Shown here in pieces: positions 1-9,941 of a stretch of 64,000 bases of DNA. The position numbers and the translations under genes were made by a program. Each line of letters begins with the position of its first letter. The stretch's first letter is position 1. The notes below the pieces were generated by a model, which saw only the letters and a list, made by a program, of their open reading frames with translations, had not been told where the DNA came from and did not search any database. Origin of the DNA: an uncultured Actinomycetota bacterium (GTDB lineage: Bacteria > Actinomycetota > Actinomycetes > Propionibacteriales > Propionibacteriaceae); the NCBI GenBank assembly GCA_963848845.1, contig CAWKFH010000003.1, positions 257,471-321,470 on the forward strand, read 5' to 3'.

Positions 1-479
1 ACGGCCGGATCCAGGGCATCGTCACCCTGGTCGTTTCGTTCCTCTGGCTGATGTGGTCGCTGGTGATGGCCCTTGCCGCCTTCGTGCTGCTGATGGTCAT
101 GGTTGGCCTGTTCGTCGCAGCGCCGTTCGGCACGATCGCCTACCTGGCCATCTGGGGATCCTTCCCGAAGGGTGAGGCTGCGGCTGTGCTGGGGCTGCTG
201 CTGTTCCTGAAACTGGTGTTCCTTGGCTTCCTGGTGTTCAGCCAGCAGAAGTTCCTCAAGATCGTTGCCCTGATGATCCACGTCGCGTTGTCGTTCGTGC
301 TGCAACTGGTGCTGGGGCTGGTCCAGGGGCTGCTGCCGTTCGTCGTGGTGAGCATCGGCGACCAGCTGATCGCCCTTGTGATCGCGATCGTCGCCATCAT
401 CGGCTCGGTGTTCGCCCTGATCTCGTCCATCCCTGCGGTGGTGAACTCGATCCGGGTCTCGAAGTCACCCAAGCAATGA
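1..479 (+). CDS. Polytopic membrane protein of unknown function; the frame is open to the left window edge, so the true start may lie upstream (first in-window ATG at 51)
   Basis: ORF 51..479 is almost entirely hydrophobic helices (LVMALAAFVLLMVMVGLFVAAPFG, LGLLLFLKLVFLGFLVF, LIALVIAIVAIIGSVFALI). The same frame has no stop from nt 3 to 51. No family recognised. Confidence 0.5.
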   Translation, partial: GRIQGIVTLVVSFLWLMWSLVMALAAFVLLMVMVGLFVAAPFGTIAYLAIWGSFPKGEAAAVLGLLLFLKLVFLGFLVFSQQKFLKIVALMIHVALSFVLQLVLGLVQGLLPFVVVSIGDQLIALVIAIVAIIGSVFALISSIPAVVNSIRVSKSPKQ

Positions 480-511
480 CCCAATCGCAAGCTGTGAGTT
501 GGGCAGGCGGC

Positions 512-793
512 TCAGGCGAGCAGGTCCGCGTATTCCGGGTGCAGCGCGAACCAGCGGACGACGTAGGAGCAGGCCGGCCGGACCTGCCAGTCGCCTGCCT
601 CCCGGATCTCGTCCATGGCATGTTGCACCAGGCGGCCGGCGATCCCACGGCCGCGGAAGGCCGGCGGCACCACGGTGCTGTCGAAGTACGCGACGCTCCC
701 GGACAGCCGGTAGTGGGCCTCCCCCGCGTGGACGCCGTCGATGGTCACCTCGAATTGTCCGGCGGCCCGGTCGTGGGTGAACTCCTCGGCCAT
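512..793 (-). CDS. Small GNAT-fold N-acetyltransferase (YjdJ-like, 93 aa)
   Basis: Sense part of ORF 512..1108 starts at ATG 793 (MAEEFTHD...). It contains FRGRGIAGRLVQHAMDEIREAG and PACSYVVRWFALHPEYADLL, typical of the short GNAT family. The upstream 105 codons are Arg/Pro-rich junk overlapping the adhesin gene end. Confidence 0.75.
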   Translation of the reverse strand: MAEEFTHDRAAGQFEVTIDGVHAGEAHYRLSGSVAYFDSTVVPPAFRGRGIAGRLVQHAMDEIREAGDWQVRPACSYVVRWFALHPEYADLLA

Positions 794-875
794 GAGCTGC
801 TCCTCTGCTGGGCGTGTGCAACGGCCAAGCCGAGTATTCCCCCCGGTTCCAACCCCCCGACGGACACCGCCCGGA

Positions 876-3800
876 TCACTCCGATTCGTCGCGGCGCCTC
901 CGGCTGGCCACGATGATGCCCGCGCCACCGGCAAGCAGCACAAGGCCGACCCCGAGGGCACCGAGCCCGGCGCCGGTGTAGGCAAGAGACGGGTCGCTGT
1001 GGCCGCCGCCGGAGCCGCCGCCGGAACCGCCGCCGTTGTCGTGGGTCGGGTCGACGACGGCCGGGGTGGTGGTGTGCTCCGTGGTGCACACCACCGGGCA
1101 GCTGCCACCGCTGCCGGGAGTGGCCGGGCTGGTGAACTCGGCGTTGTACTCGTCCTCGCCGACCACGACCGAGTAGGTCAGCACCGCTTCCTCGCCGGGC
1201 TGGAGGACGGGCACGGTCCAGGTCAGGATCTGGCCGGTGAGCGAGCTGCCGGCCGGCAGGCCGCCGGTGGTGGTGTGGGCCAGCAGGTCGGACAGGTCGT
1301 CGGTGACCACTGCGTGGGCGACCACGGCCTGCGAGGTGTTGCGCACCCTCAGGGTGAACGTGATCACGCTGCCGGGTTCGACAACGCTGCCGCTGGCCGG
1401 ATCCGAGGTCTTCTCCAGTGTCCAGGCCGGGCTGAAGTGCCGGGTCCGGCAGTCCTCGTCCGGCTCTACGGCGAACGGCTCGAGGCGCCCGTCCCCACCG
1501 GGCGCGCAGCTGTCGGCACCGTCACCGGTGGCCACGTTGCCGAGCGTGATCCCGTAGGCCCCCGGCTTCACGGTCACCGTGTACCGGACGGAGACGGTCT
1601 CGCCCACCGGCACCTCCGGCACCGCCCAGGTGAGCGTGCTCCCGGCAAGGCTGGTCCCCGCCGGCAAGGCGCCGGCCAGGTCGGCGTCGTCAAGCAGGCC
1701 GGACATGTCGTCGACGACCACAGCGCCGGCAAGGGTGACCGGGCCGGTGTTGGCAACCGTCAGGGTGTAGGTGACCTGGTCACCCGGTTCGACGGTGGCT
1801 CCGCTGCCCGGGTCGCTGGTCTTGGTCAGCGTCCACGCGACGGTGTGGGCCACGGTCTCGCAGGATTCGGTGCAGGCGCCGCCCGGGCTGGCCGGGACGG
1901 CGACGTTGCGCACGATGGCTCCGGTCGTTCGGGGGGCCAGCTTGACCTGGTAGGTGAGGGTTGCGGTGCCGTCGACGGCCACCGCTGGCACGTTCCAGGT
2001 CAGCGTTGTGCCCTCAAGGGTGGCGCCGGCGGGCAACTCGACCAGCGTGGCGTCGTCAAGGACGTCGGCCAGGTCGTCGGTCACGACTGCCCCGGTGAGG
2101 GCGGTTGCGCCCTCGTTGGTGACGGTGAGCGTGTAGCCGAGGACGTCGCCGGGCCGGACGACTGCACCGGTGGCCGGGTCGCTGGTCTTGGCCAGCGACC
2201 ACTTCGGGGTGTAGGCCGTCGTGCTGCAGGCCACGCAGGTGCCGCCGGCCGACGCCGGGGTGGCGGTGTTGGTCAGCGTTGCGCCGTAGGCGTCCGGGTT
2301 CACGGTCGCGGTGTAGGTGGCGATCACCGTGGCCCCGACGGCCACCTCCGGGACGTCCCAGGTGAGGGTGTCGGCGTCCCCGGTGATGCCCGCCGGCAGG
2401 TCCCCGATGGTGGCTTCAGCCAGGTCGGAGACGTCATCTGTCACCGAGGCGCCGACCAGCGGAACCGGGCCGGTGTTGGAGACGGAAAGGGTGTAGCTGA
2501 CGACCTGGCCGGGCAGCAATTGGGCGCCGTCGGTCGGGTCGGAGGTTTTGGCCAGCGTCCACCTGGGGCTGTAGGCGGTGGTGGTGCAGTTGGTGCAGGT
2601 GGCGCCGACACCCACCGGGGTCACCGTGTTGGTGATGGTGGCGCCATCGGCGACCACCGTCGCGGTGTAGCTGACCGTCCGGGTCTGGTGCGCGGCAAGG
2701 GTCGGGATCGCCCAGGTGAGCCGGGTGCCGGTCAGGCTGAGCTCTGCTGAGCCGAGGCCGACGGTCGCGTCGTCCAGGACGCCGGTGAGGTCGTCGGACG
2801 CCTGGGCGCCGGTGACCGTCGCGTCGGAGGTGTTGGTGGCCGTCAACGTGTAGGTGATGACGGTTCCCGGCCCGACCACGGCACCGTCGGCGAGGTCGCT
2901 GGTCTTCGCCAGCGTCCACGCCGGGGTGTGCGCGACCGTGGTGCAGGTGTCACAGGCACCGCCGACGGACGCCGGGGTGGCTGTGTTCCGAAGCGTGACG
3001 CCGAGGGCGCCGGCGTTGACCTGCGCCGTGTAGTCGAGAGTCACGGTCTCGCCCGGCGCGACCGGGGGGACGTGCCAGGTGAGGGTGCTGCCGGCGACGT
3101 CGGCGGCGGCCGGCAGATCGCCGAGGGTGGCGTCGTCGACCACGTCGGCCAGGTCGTCACTGACGACAGCGCCGGTGAGCGGCGCCGGCCCGGTGTTGGT
3201 GACGGCCAGGGTGTAGGTGATCAGGTCGCCGGGGACGACGGTGGCCCCGTTGGTGGCGGTGCTGGTCTTGGCCAGCGTCCAGGCTGGGGTGTAGGCGGTG
3301 GTGGTGCAGGTCGTGCAGCTGCCGCCCGGGGTGGCCGTCGACGCCTTGTTGGTCAGGGAAACCCCCAAGGCGCCGACGCCAACCGTCACCGGGTACGAGA
3401 CGCGCACAGTCCCGCCCACCGGCACTGTCGGGATCCGCCAGGTGAGCTCACTCCCGCGTACCGACAGGTCCGCGGCCAGGTCGCCGATGGTTGCGTCGTC
3501 GATGATGTCCGTCAGGTCGTCGGACGCGACGGCGCCCTCCAGGGGCACCGGGCCGGTGTTGGTGACGGTCAACGTGTAGTTGATGACGTCACCGGGGTTC
3601 ACCACTGCCCCCGACGCCGGGTCGCTGGCCTTGGCCAGGGTCCAGGCGGGGGTGTACTGCGTGGTGGTGCAGCTGGTGCAGGTGCCACCCGAACCGATCG
3701 GGGTCACCTGGTTGGTCAAAGTGGCACCGTCGGCGGTCACGGTGGCGATGTAGGTGACCTGGCGGGTCTGGTGCGCCGCGAGCGTCGGGATGGCCCAGGT

Positions 3801-6800
3801 GAGGGTGTTCCCGGTCAGGCTGAGCTCGGCCGAGCTGAAGCCGACGGTCGCGTCGTCCAGCACGGCGGCGAGGTCGTCGGACGCCTTGGCACCGGCGATC
3901 TCGGCCTCGGAGGTGTTGGTGGCGGTCAGCGTGTAGGTGATCAGGTCACCGGGCTTCACCACGGCACCGTCGCCCGGGTTGCTGGTCTTGGCCAGCGTCC
4001 ACGAGCCGGTGTACTGGGTCGTGCTGCAGGCGCCGGGGACGCAGGCGCCGCCGGGTGACGCCGGGACGGCGACGTTACGCAGGGTGGCGCCGGTGGCGCC
4101 GTCATTGACGGTGGTCGAGTACAGCAGGTCCGCCTGCGCGCCCGGCGCGACATCGGGCACCGCCCAGGTCAGCGTCGTGCCGCCGAGGCTCGCGCCGGCC
4201 GGCAGGTCGCCAATGGCCGCGTCGTCAAGGACGTCGGCGAGGTCGTCGCTGACGACGGCGCCGTGCAGGGTGGCCGGGCCGTCGTTGGTGACGGTAAGGG
4301 TGTAGTCGACGGTGCTGCCGACAGCGATCGTTGCGCCGTCGCCCGGACTGCTGGTCTTGGCCAGCGACCACTTCTGCGTGTAGGCGGTGGTGCTGCAGGC
4401 CAGGCAGGTGCCGCCGGCCGTCACCGGGGCTGCGGTGTTGGTCAGCGTTGCGCCGAGCGCTTCAACGGTCGCGGTGTAGGTCACCGTCGCGGTTCCACCG
4501 ACCGGCACCGTTGGCACCGCCCAGGTGAGCAGGTTCCCGGCCCGCGCCAGGTCCGCCGGCAGGGGGCCGAGGGTGGCGTCGTCGACCAGCCCGGACACGT
4601 CGTCGCGCACCTGGGCACCGGCCAGCTGGACCGGCCCGGTGTTGACCACGGTCAGGGTGTAGCTGACCACGTCCGACGGCTCGACAACCGAGCCGGTGGC
4701 CGGGGTGGACGACTTGGCAAGGGTCCACGAGGGGCTGAACTGGGTGGTGGTGCAGGCGAGGCAGGAGCCGCCGTCCCCGATCGGCGCCACCGTGTTGGTG
4801 ATCGTGGCGCCGTCGGCGCGCACCACGGCGGCGTAGGTCACCGTGGCGTGCGCACCGGGTTCGAGGGTCGGAATGGTCCAGGTCAGCTCGTCGCCGGCAA
4901 GGCTCAGCCCGGCCGCGGTGGCGCTGACGCTGGCGTCGTCACGCACATCGGACAGGTCGTCGACAGCCTTGGCGCCGGTGACGACCGCAGCCGAGGTGTT
5001 GGTGGCGGTCAGGGTGTAGGTGATCACGTCGCCGGGCACGACCGTGGCGCCGTCGCCGGGGCTGCTGCTCTTCGCCAGGGTCCACGCCGGCGTGTGCGCA
5101 GTGGTCGAGCAGGAGGCTGCGCAGGAACCGCCCGCGGTCGCCGGGACGGCGGTATTGCGCAGGGTGGCGCCGGTCGCGGTCGCGTCCACGGTCGCGGTGT
5201 AGGTCAGGGTCGCGGTGCCGCCGGCGGCGACCTCGGGCACCGTCCAGGTCAGCCGGTCGCCGCTGACGGTAGCGCCGGCCGGCATCGGTGCCAGCGTGGC
5301 GTCGTCGAGCACATCGGCCAGGTCGTCATGGACGACGGCGCCGCTGAGCGGGCCGGCGCCGGTGTTGGTGACGGTGAGCGTGTACCCGATGTCATCGCCA
5401 GGGGTGATGGTGGCGCCGTCGGCCGGGTCGCTGGTCTTGGCCAGCGTCCAGGCCGGGGTGGTCTGGGTGGTGCTGCAGGTGAGGCAGCGTCCACCGGAGC
5501 CCACCGGCGTTGCCGCGTTGGTGATGGTGGCGCCGACCGAGCCGGCTGCCACGGTCGCGGTGTACCCGACGCTCACCTGGCCGCCGACCGGAACGTCCGG
5601 GACGGCCCAGACCAGCGTGGCGCCGGTGCGGGTGAGGTTGGCGCCGAGGTCGGTGACGAGGGCGTCGTCCAGAACCTCGGCGAGGTCATCGGAGACCAGC
5701 GCGCCGCTGACCGGGACCGGTCCGGTGTTGGTGACGGTGAGGGTGTAGCGGATCTGGTCGCCGGGCAGCACCTGCGCGCCGGAGCCCGGGTCGGAGGTCT
5801 TCGCCAGCGTCCAGCCAGCGGTGGACTGGCTGGTGGCGCAGCCACCGACGCAGCTGCCGCCGGCCCCGACCGGCGAGACCGAGTTGACGACGGTCACGCC
5901 GTCCGCGCCGGCCTTGACGACCGCCGTGTAGGTGACCGATGCGGTTTCGCCCTTCGCAAGGGTCGGGATCGCCCAGGTCAGCAGGTCGCCGGTAAGGCTC
6001 AGCTGTGCGGAGGCGAAGCTGACGTCCGCGTACGGCAGCACCCGGGACAGGTCGTCAAGGGCCAGCGCGCCGCGGATCTCGGCTTCGGAGGTGTTGCTGG
6101 CGGTCAGGGTGTAGGTGATCACGTCACCGGGCTGCACGGTCGCTCCGTCGGCCGGGTCGCTGGTCTTCGCAAGGGTCCAGGCCGGGGTGTGGGCGACGGT
6201 GGTGCAACTGGTGCCGCAGGTGCCGCCGACGCTGCCGGGCTCAGCTGTGTTGTCCAGGGTCGCGCCGACAGCGTCGGCGTGCACGACCACCCGGTACGTC
6301 AGGGACGCGGTCGCCCCCGGAGCCAGGTCGGGCACGTTCCAGGTGATCCGGTCGCCGGACCGGACCGCGCCGGCCGGGACGGCAACGAGGGTGGCGTCGT
6401 CCAGCACGCCGGTAGCGTCGTCGGTGACCACAGCGCCGTGCAGCGTCGCTGGACCGTCGTTGGTGACGGTAAGGGTGTAGTCCACGGTGTCGCCGGGGCG
6501 CACGGTGGCGCCGGGACCGACGCTGCTGGCCTTGGCGAGGGACCACTTCGGCGTGTACTGCTCTGTAGTACAGATGGAGTCGCAGTTACCACCACTGGAG
6601 GCAGGGGCTGCACTGTTCGCCAGGGTCGCCCCGGAGGCGTCCAGCCTGATCGTGGCGGGGTAGCTGACGCTCACCGATGCGCCGACCGGCACGTCCGGAA
6701 CCGCCCAGGTGAGGGTGTCGTCGGTGCGGCTGAGGCCGGCCGCCAGGGTGCCGAGGTCGGCGTCATCCACGAGGCCGGAGACGTCGTCGGTCACGCTGGC

Positions 6801-8114
6801 ACCCATGACCGCTACCGGACCGGTGTTGGTCACCGTGAGGGTGTAGTTGATCGTGTCGCCGGGCTCCAGCACTGCGCCAGGAGCGGCGTCGGCTGTCTTG
6901 GCAAGGGACCACCTGGCGCTGAATTGGGTGGTGGAGCATCCGGAGCCGCAGGATCCGCCCTGGCCGTTGGGGGCGACGGTGTTGGCGATGGTCGCGCCGT
7001 GTGCGCCGGCCGACACCTGCGCTGTGTAGCTGACGGTCCGGGTCTGACCCGGCGCCAGGGACGGAATGGTCCAGGTCAGGGTGGTCCCGGTGCGGCTGAG
7101 CTCCGGCGAGTCGAATTGCACACCTGCGCCGGCGAGCACGCCGGTCAGGTCGTCGGTTGCGGTCGCTCCGGTGACGGCGGCGTCGGCGGTGTTGGTGGCG
7201 GTGAGGGTGTAGGTGATCAGGTCACCGGGCTCGACCACAGCGCCGTTCGCCGGGTCCGAGGTCTTGGCGAGCAGCCAGGCCGGGGTGTTGGCGAGGGTTG
7301 CGCAGCCGGCGGCGCAGCGGCCACCGGCGCTCGCCGGGGCGGCGGAGTTGGCGATCCGGGCGCCGTCGGCCCGGTCGTCGAGCTTCACCTGGTAGGCCAG
7401 TTCGACGCTCGCCCCGCTGGCCACGTCCGGCACGTCCCAGGCGAGGGTGGTCCCGCTCAGCGTTGCCCCGTCGGGCGTTGCCAGCAGGATCGCGTCGTCG
7501 AGCACGTCGCTGAGGTCGTCGTTCACCTTGGCGCCGTGCAGTGTGGCCGGGCCGGTGTTGGTGACGGTAAGGGTGTAGCCGATCACGTCGCCGGGATGGA
7601 CGGTCGCAGCCGTCGGGCGGTCGCTCGCCTTGGCAAGGGTCCAGCTCGGCGTGTGGCTGGTTGTGGTGCAGGACGCGGTGCAGCTGCCGCCGGCCGAAGC
7701 GGGGGCCGCGGTGTTGGTGATGGTCGCGCCGAGCGCTCCGGCCTGCACCTTCGCGGAATAGGTGACCGAGACGGTGGCTCCTGCGGGTACCGCCGGCACG
7801 TCCCAGCTGAGCACGTCGCCGCTGCGGGCCAGCCCGGTGGGCAGCGTTGCCGGGTCGGCGTCATCGACCAGCAGCGAGATGTCGTCGGTGACGACAGCGC
7901 CGGTCAGCATCGTCGGGCCGGTGTTGGTGACGGAAAGGGTGTAGTCGATGGTGTCCCCGGGGGCGACGTCGCTGCCGCTTGCCGGGCTCGAGACCTTGGT
8001 CAGCTGCCAGGCCGGCGTGGTGTGGTTGGTCACGCACGATCCGGGGCAGGCACCGCCGACGCCCTGCGGGCCGGCCGAGTTGGTGATCGTCGCGCCATCC
8101 GCGCCGGCCGACAC
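876..8114 (-). CDS. Adhesin fragment 5 (C-terminal, 2412 aa): 20 DUF11-like repeats, a Gly/Ser linker and an LAYTG cell-wall sorting signal
   Basis: About 120-aa modules of the form TPAWTLAKTSDP-x-GA-x-V-x-PGD-x-I-x-YTLTVTNTGP...DDL...LTW-x-VP...YTA-x-V...GG-x-C-x2-3-C-x-T (TIGR01451/DUF11-type by pattern). The C-terminus is GGGSGGGSGGGHSDPSLAYTG, then a hydrophobic helix, then RRRRDESE. Confidence 0.9.
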   Translation of the reverse strand: MSAGADGATITNSAGPQGVGGACPGSCVTNHTTPAWQLTKVSSPASGSDVAPGDTIDYTLSVTNTGPTMLTGAVVTDDISLLVDDADPATLPTGLARSGDVLSWDVPAVPAGATVSVTYSAKVQAGALGATITNTAAPASAGGSCTASCTTTSHTPSWTLAKASDRPTAATVHPGDVIGYTLTVTNTGPATLHGAKVNDDLSDVLDDAILLATPDGATLSGTTLAWDVPDVASGASVELAYQVKLDDRADGARIANSAAPASAGGRCAAGCATLANTPAWLLAKTSDPANGAVVEPGDLITYTLTATNTADAAVTGATATDDLTGVLAGAGVQFDSPELSRTGTTLTWTIPSLAPGQTRTVSYTAQVSAGAHGATIANTVAPNGQGGSCGSGCSTTQFSARWSLAKTADAAPGAVLEPGDTINYTLTVTNTGPVAVMGASVTDDVSGLVDDADLGTLAAGLSRTDDTLTWAVPDVPVGASVSVSYPATIRLDASGATLANSAAPASSGGNCDSICTTEQYTPKWSLAKASSVGPGATVRPGDTVDYTLTVTNDGPATLHGAVVTDDATGVLDDATLVAVPAGAVRSGDRITWNVPDLAPGATASLTYRVVVHADAVGATLDNTAEPGSVGGTCGTSCTTVAHTPAWTLAKTSDPADGATVQPGDVITYTLTASNTSEAEIRGALALDDLSRVLPYADVSFASAQLSLTGDLLTWAIPTLAKGETASVTYTAVVKAGADGVTVVNSVSPVGAGGSCVGGCATSQSTAGWTLAKTSDPGSGAQVLPGDQIRYTLTVTNTGPVPVSGALVSDDLAEVLDDALVTDLGANLTRTGATLVWAVPDVPVGGQVSVGYTATVAAGSVGATITNAATPVGSGGRCLTCSTTQTTPAWTLAKTSDPADGATITPGDDIGYTLTVTNTGAGPLSGAVVHDDLADVLDDATLAPMPAGATVSGDRLTWTVPEVAAGGTATLTYTATVDATATGATLRNTAVPATAGGSCAASCSTTAHTPAWTLAKSSSPGDGATVVPGDVITYTLTATNTSAAVVTGAKAVDDLSDVRDDASVSATAAGLSLAGDELTWTIPTLEPGAHATVTYAAVVRADGATITNTVAPIGDGGSCLACTTTQFSPSWTLAKSSTPATGSVVEPSDVVSYTLTVVNTGPVQLAGAQVRDDVSGLVDDATLGPLPADLARAGNLLTWAVPTVPVGGTATVTYTATVEALGATLTNTAAPVTAGGTCLACSTTAYTQKWSLAKTSSPGDGATIAVGSTVDYTLTVTNDGPATLHGAVVSDDLADVLDDAAIGDLPAGASLGGTTLTWAVPDVAPGAQADLLYSTTVNDGATGATLRNVAVPASPGGACVPGACSTTQYTGSWTLAKTSNPGDGAVVKPGDLITYTLTATNTSEAEIAGAKASDDLAAVLDDATVGFSSAELSLTGNTLTWAIPTLAAHQTRQVTYIATVTADGATLTNQVTPIGSGGTCTSCTTTQYTPAWTLAKASDPASGAVVNPGDVINYTLTVTNTGPVPLEGAVASDDLTDIIDDATIGDLAADLSVRGSELTWRIPTVPVGGTVRVSYPVTVGVGALGVSLTNKASTATPGGSCTTCTTTAYTPAWTLAKTSTATNGATVVPGDLITYTLAVTNTGPAPLTGAVVSDDLADVVDDATLGDLPAAADVAGSTLTWHVPPVAPGETVTLDYTAQVNAGALGVTLRNTATPASVGGACDTCTTVAHTPAWTLAKTSDLADGAVVGPGTVITYTLTATNTSDATVTGAQASDDLTGVLDDATVGLGSAELSLTGTRLTWAIPTLAAHQTRTVSYTATVVADGATITNTVTPVGVGATCTNCTTTAYSPRWTLAKTSDPTDGAQLLPGQVVSYTLSVSNTGPVPLVGASVTDDVSDLAEATIGDLPAGITGDADTLTWDVPEVAVGATVIATYTATVNPDAYGATLTNTATPASAGGTCVACSTTAYTPKWSLAKTSDPATGAVVRPGDVLGYTLTVTNEGATALTGAVVTDDLADVLDDATLVELPAGATLEGTTLTWNVPAVAVDGTATLTYQVKLAPRTTGAIVRNVAVPASPGGACTESCETVAHTVAWTLTKTSDPGSGATVEPGDQVTYTLTVANTGPVTLAGAVVVDDMSGLLDDADLAGALPAGTSLAGSTLTWAVPEVPVGETVSVRYTVTVKPGAYGITLGNVATGDGADSCAPGGDGRLEPFAVEPDEDCRTRHFSPAWTLEKTSDPASGSVVEPGSVITFTLRVRNTSQAVVAHAVVTDDLSDLLAHTTTGGLPAGSSLTGQILTWTVPVLQPGEEAVLTYSVVVGEDEYNAEFTSPATPGSGGSCPVVCTTEHTTTPAVVDPTHDNGGGSGGGSGGGHSDPSLAYTGAGLGALGVGLVLLAGGAGIIVASRRRRDESE
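972..986 (-). other. LAYTG sortase recognition motif of the adhesin (LAxTG type, as used by actinobacterial class E sortases)
   Basis: The reverse complement of 972-986 is CTT GCC TAC ACC GGC = L A Y T G. It is followed by AGLGALGVGLVLLAGGAGIIVAS and RRRR. No sortase gene lies in this window. Confidence 0.8.
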
Positions 8115-9028
8115 CCGCGCGGTGTAGGTGATGGTCCGGGTCTGCCCGGCGCAAGGGACGGGATCGCCCAGGTCAGGGTGGTGCCGGCCAGGCTGAGCTG
8201 CGGGGAGCCGATGGTCACGGCAGCGCTGGGCAGCACCTTGCCGAGGTCGTCGGTGGCGGTGGCGCCGGTGATGACTGCATCGGAGGTGTTGGTCGCAGTG
8301 AGCGTGTAGGTGATGACGTCCCCGCTCTCCACCACGGTGCCGGACGCCGGGACGCTGTCCTTGGCCAGCGTCCAGGAGCCGGTGTGCAGGGTGCTGCTGC
8401 AGGACGTCGCGCAGGTGCCGCCGACCGTTTCCGGGACGGCGACGTTGCGCAGCCGGGCCCCGATGGCGTCGGAGTGGACGGCCGCAGCGTAGGTAAGGGT
8501 GACGGTGTCGCCGGCGGCCACGTCCGGCACGCTCCAGGTCAGCATGGTGCCGCTGAGCGCTGCGCCTGCTGGCAGGGCGCCCAGCGTGGCGTCGTCGACC
8601 ACGTCGGCCAGCTCGTCGGCCACCCGCGCCCCGTGCAGGGTGGCCGGGCCGGTGTTGGTGAGGCTGAGGGTGTAGTTGATCGCCGCACCGGGAACCACGG
8701 TCGCGCCGTCGGCCGGGTCGGAGGTCTTGGTCAGCGTCCAGGCATCGGTGTAGGCGGTGGTGCTGCAGCCGATCGAGCAGTAGCCGCCCTTGCCCACCGG
8801 GGAGGCGCTGTTGGTGATGGTCGCGCCGGTGGCTTCGGCCCGCACGACTGCGGAGTAGGTGATCGACGCGACCCCGCCGACCCCGATGGTCGGGATGGTC
8901 CAGGTCAGCTGGTCAGCCGATCTGGCCAGGCCGGCCGGGAGCGTGCCCACGTCGGCGTCGTCGACCAGCCCGGAGACGTCGTCGCGCACTGTGGCGCCGG
9001 TGATCGGGACCGGACCCTCGTTGACCAC
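8030..9028 (-). CDS. Adhesin fragment 4: about 2.5 DUF11-like repeats. Sense is roughly 8150-9045.
   Basis: Reads VNEGPVPITGATVRDDVSGLVDDADVGTLPAGL...TDAWTLTKTSDPADGATVVPGAAINYTLSLTNTGPATLHGA... The tail after LTWAIPSLAPG is out of frame. Confidence 0.8.
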   Translation of the reverse strand: MVNEGPVPITGATVRDDVSGLVDDADVGTLPAGLARSADQLTWTIPTIGVGGVASITYSAVVRAEATGATITNSASPVGKGGYCSIGCSTTAYTDAWTLTKTSDPADGATVVPGAAINYTLSLTNTGPATLHGARVADELADVVDDATLGALPAGAALSGTMLTWSVPDVAAGDTVTLTYAAAVHSDAIGARLRNVAVPETVGGTCATSCSSTLHTGSWTLAKDSVPASGTVVESGDVITYTLTATNTSDAVITGATATDDLGKVLPSAAVTIGSPQLSLAGTTLTWAIPSLAPGRPGPSPTPRGCRPARMARRSPTRPARRASAVPAPDRA

Positions 9029-9941
9029 GGTCAGGGTGTACGCGATGGCCTCCCCCGGCTCTCACCACGGCACCCGTTGCGGGGTTGGAGGTCTTGGTGA
9101 GGCCCCACTTCGCCGTGGACTGGCTGGTGCTGCAGCCGCCGAGGCAGCTGCCGCCGGCGCCGTTGGGGGTCACCGAGTTGGTCACGGTGACTCCGGTCGC
9201 TGCGGCCTTCACCGTCGCGGTGTAGCTGACCGAGGCGGTCTCCCCGGGCAGCAGGGTCGGGATCGTCCAGGTGAGCGTCTCGCCGGAGCGGCTCAGCTGG
9301 CTGGACGTGAACGCCACGTCGGCGTTGGCGAGCACGCTGGCCAGGTCGTCGACGCCGGTGGCTCCGGTGACGGTGCCCTCGCCGGTGTTGGTGGCCGTGA
9401 GGGTGTAGGTGATGACCTCGCCGGGTGCTACGACCGCGCCGGTGTCCGGGTCGGACGTCTTCGCCAGGGTCCACCTCGGGGTGTAGGCGGTGGTGGCGCA
9501 GCCGGCGGCGCAGTCGCCACCGGTGGTGGCGGCCGTGGCCGAGTTGTGGAGGGTTGCGCCGATGGCGCCAGGATTGACCGTTACCCAGTAGTCAAGACTC
9601 GCCGTTCCACCGGGAGCGACATCGGGCACCTGCCAGGTCAGGGTGCTGCCGCTGATGGTGGCGCCGGTCGGCAGGACGCCGAACGTGGCGTCGTCCAGAA
9701 CGCCGGAGAGGTCGTCGCCCACTTCCGCACCGTGCAGGGTGGCCGGTCCGTCGTTGGTGACAGTCAGGGTGTAGCCGATGGTGTCGCCGGGCTTGACGGT
9801 GGCGCCGTCTCCGGCCGTGCTGGTCTTGGCCAGCGACCATTTCGGCGTGGTCTGGACGGTGCCGCAGGAGCTGTCGCAGTGCCCGCCGACCGAGGCCGGG
9901 CTGGCCGTGTTCCGCAGCGTCGCGCCACGGGCGCCCGCCAT
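8913..9941 (-). CDS. Adhesin fragment 3: about 2.5 DUF11-like repeats. Sense is roughly 9055-9985.
   Basis: Reads ...GATLRNTASPASVGGHCDSSCGTVQTTPKWSLAKTSTAGDGATVKPGDTIGYTLTVTNDGPATLHGA... The tail after TGAVV is out of frame. Confidence 0.8.
   Translation of the reverse strand: MAGARGATLRNTASPASVGGHCDSSCGTVQTTPKWSLAKTSTAGDGATVKPGDTIGYTLTVTNDGPATLHGAEVGDDLSGVLDDATFGVLPTGATISGSTLTWQVPDVAPGGTASLDYWVTVNPGAIGATLHNSATAATTGGDCAAGCATTAYTPRWTLAKTSDPDTGAVVAPGEVITYTLTATNTGEGTVTGATGVDDLASVLANADVAFTSSQLSRSGETLTWTIPTLLPGETASVSYTATVKAAATGVTVTNSVTPNGAGGSCLGGCSTSQSTAKWGLTKTSNPATGAVVRAGGGHRVHPDRGQRGSGPDHRRHSARRRLRAGRRRRRGHAPGRPGQIG

Noticed and set aside
4263-8309. Very long plus-strand ORFs (4263..8309 at 1348 aa, 741..2750, 2928..4058, 8859..10088, 13949..16645) opposite the adhesin gene
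   Set aside because: They are Gly/Arg/Asp/Val-rich translations with no motifs. They are the mirror image of a strongly periodic, motif-rich minus-strand gene. Stop-free antisense frames are expected in very GC-rich DNA.
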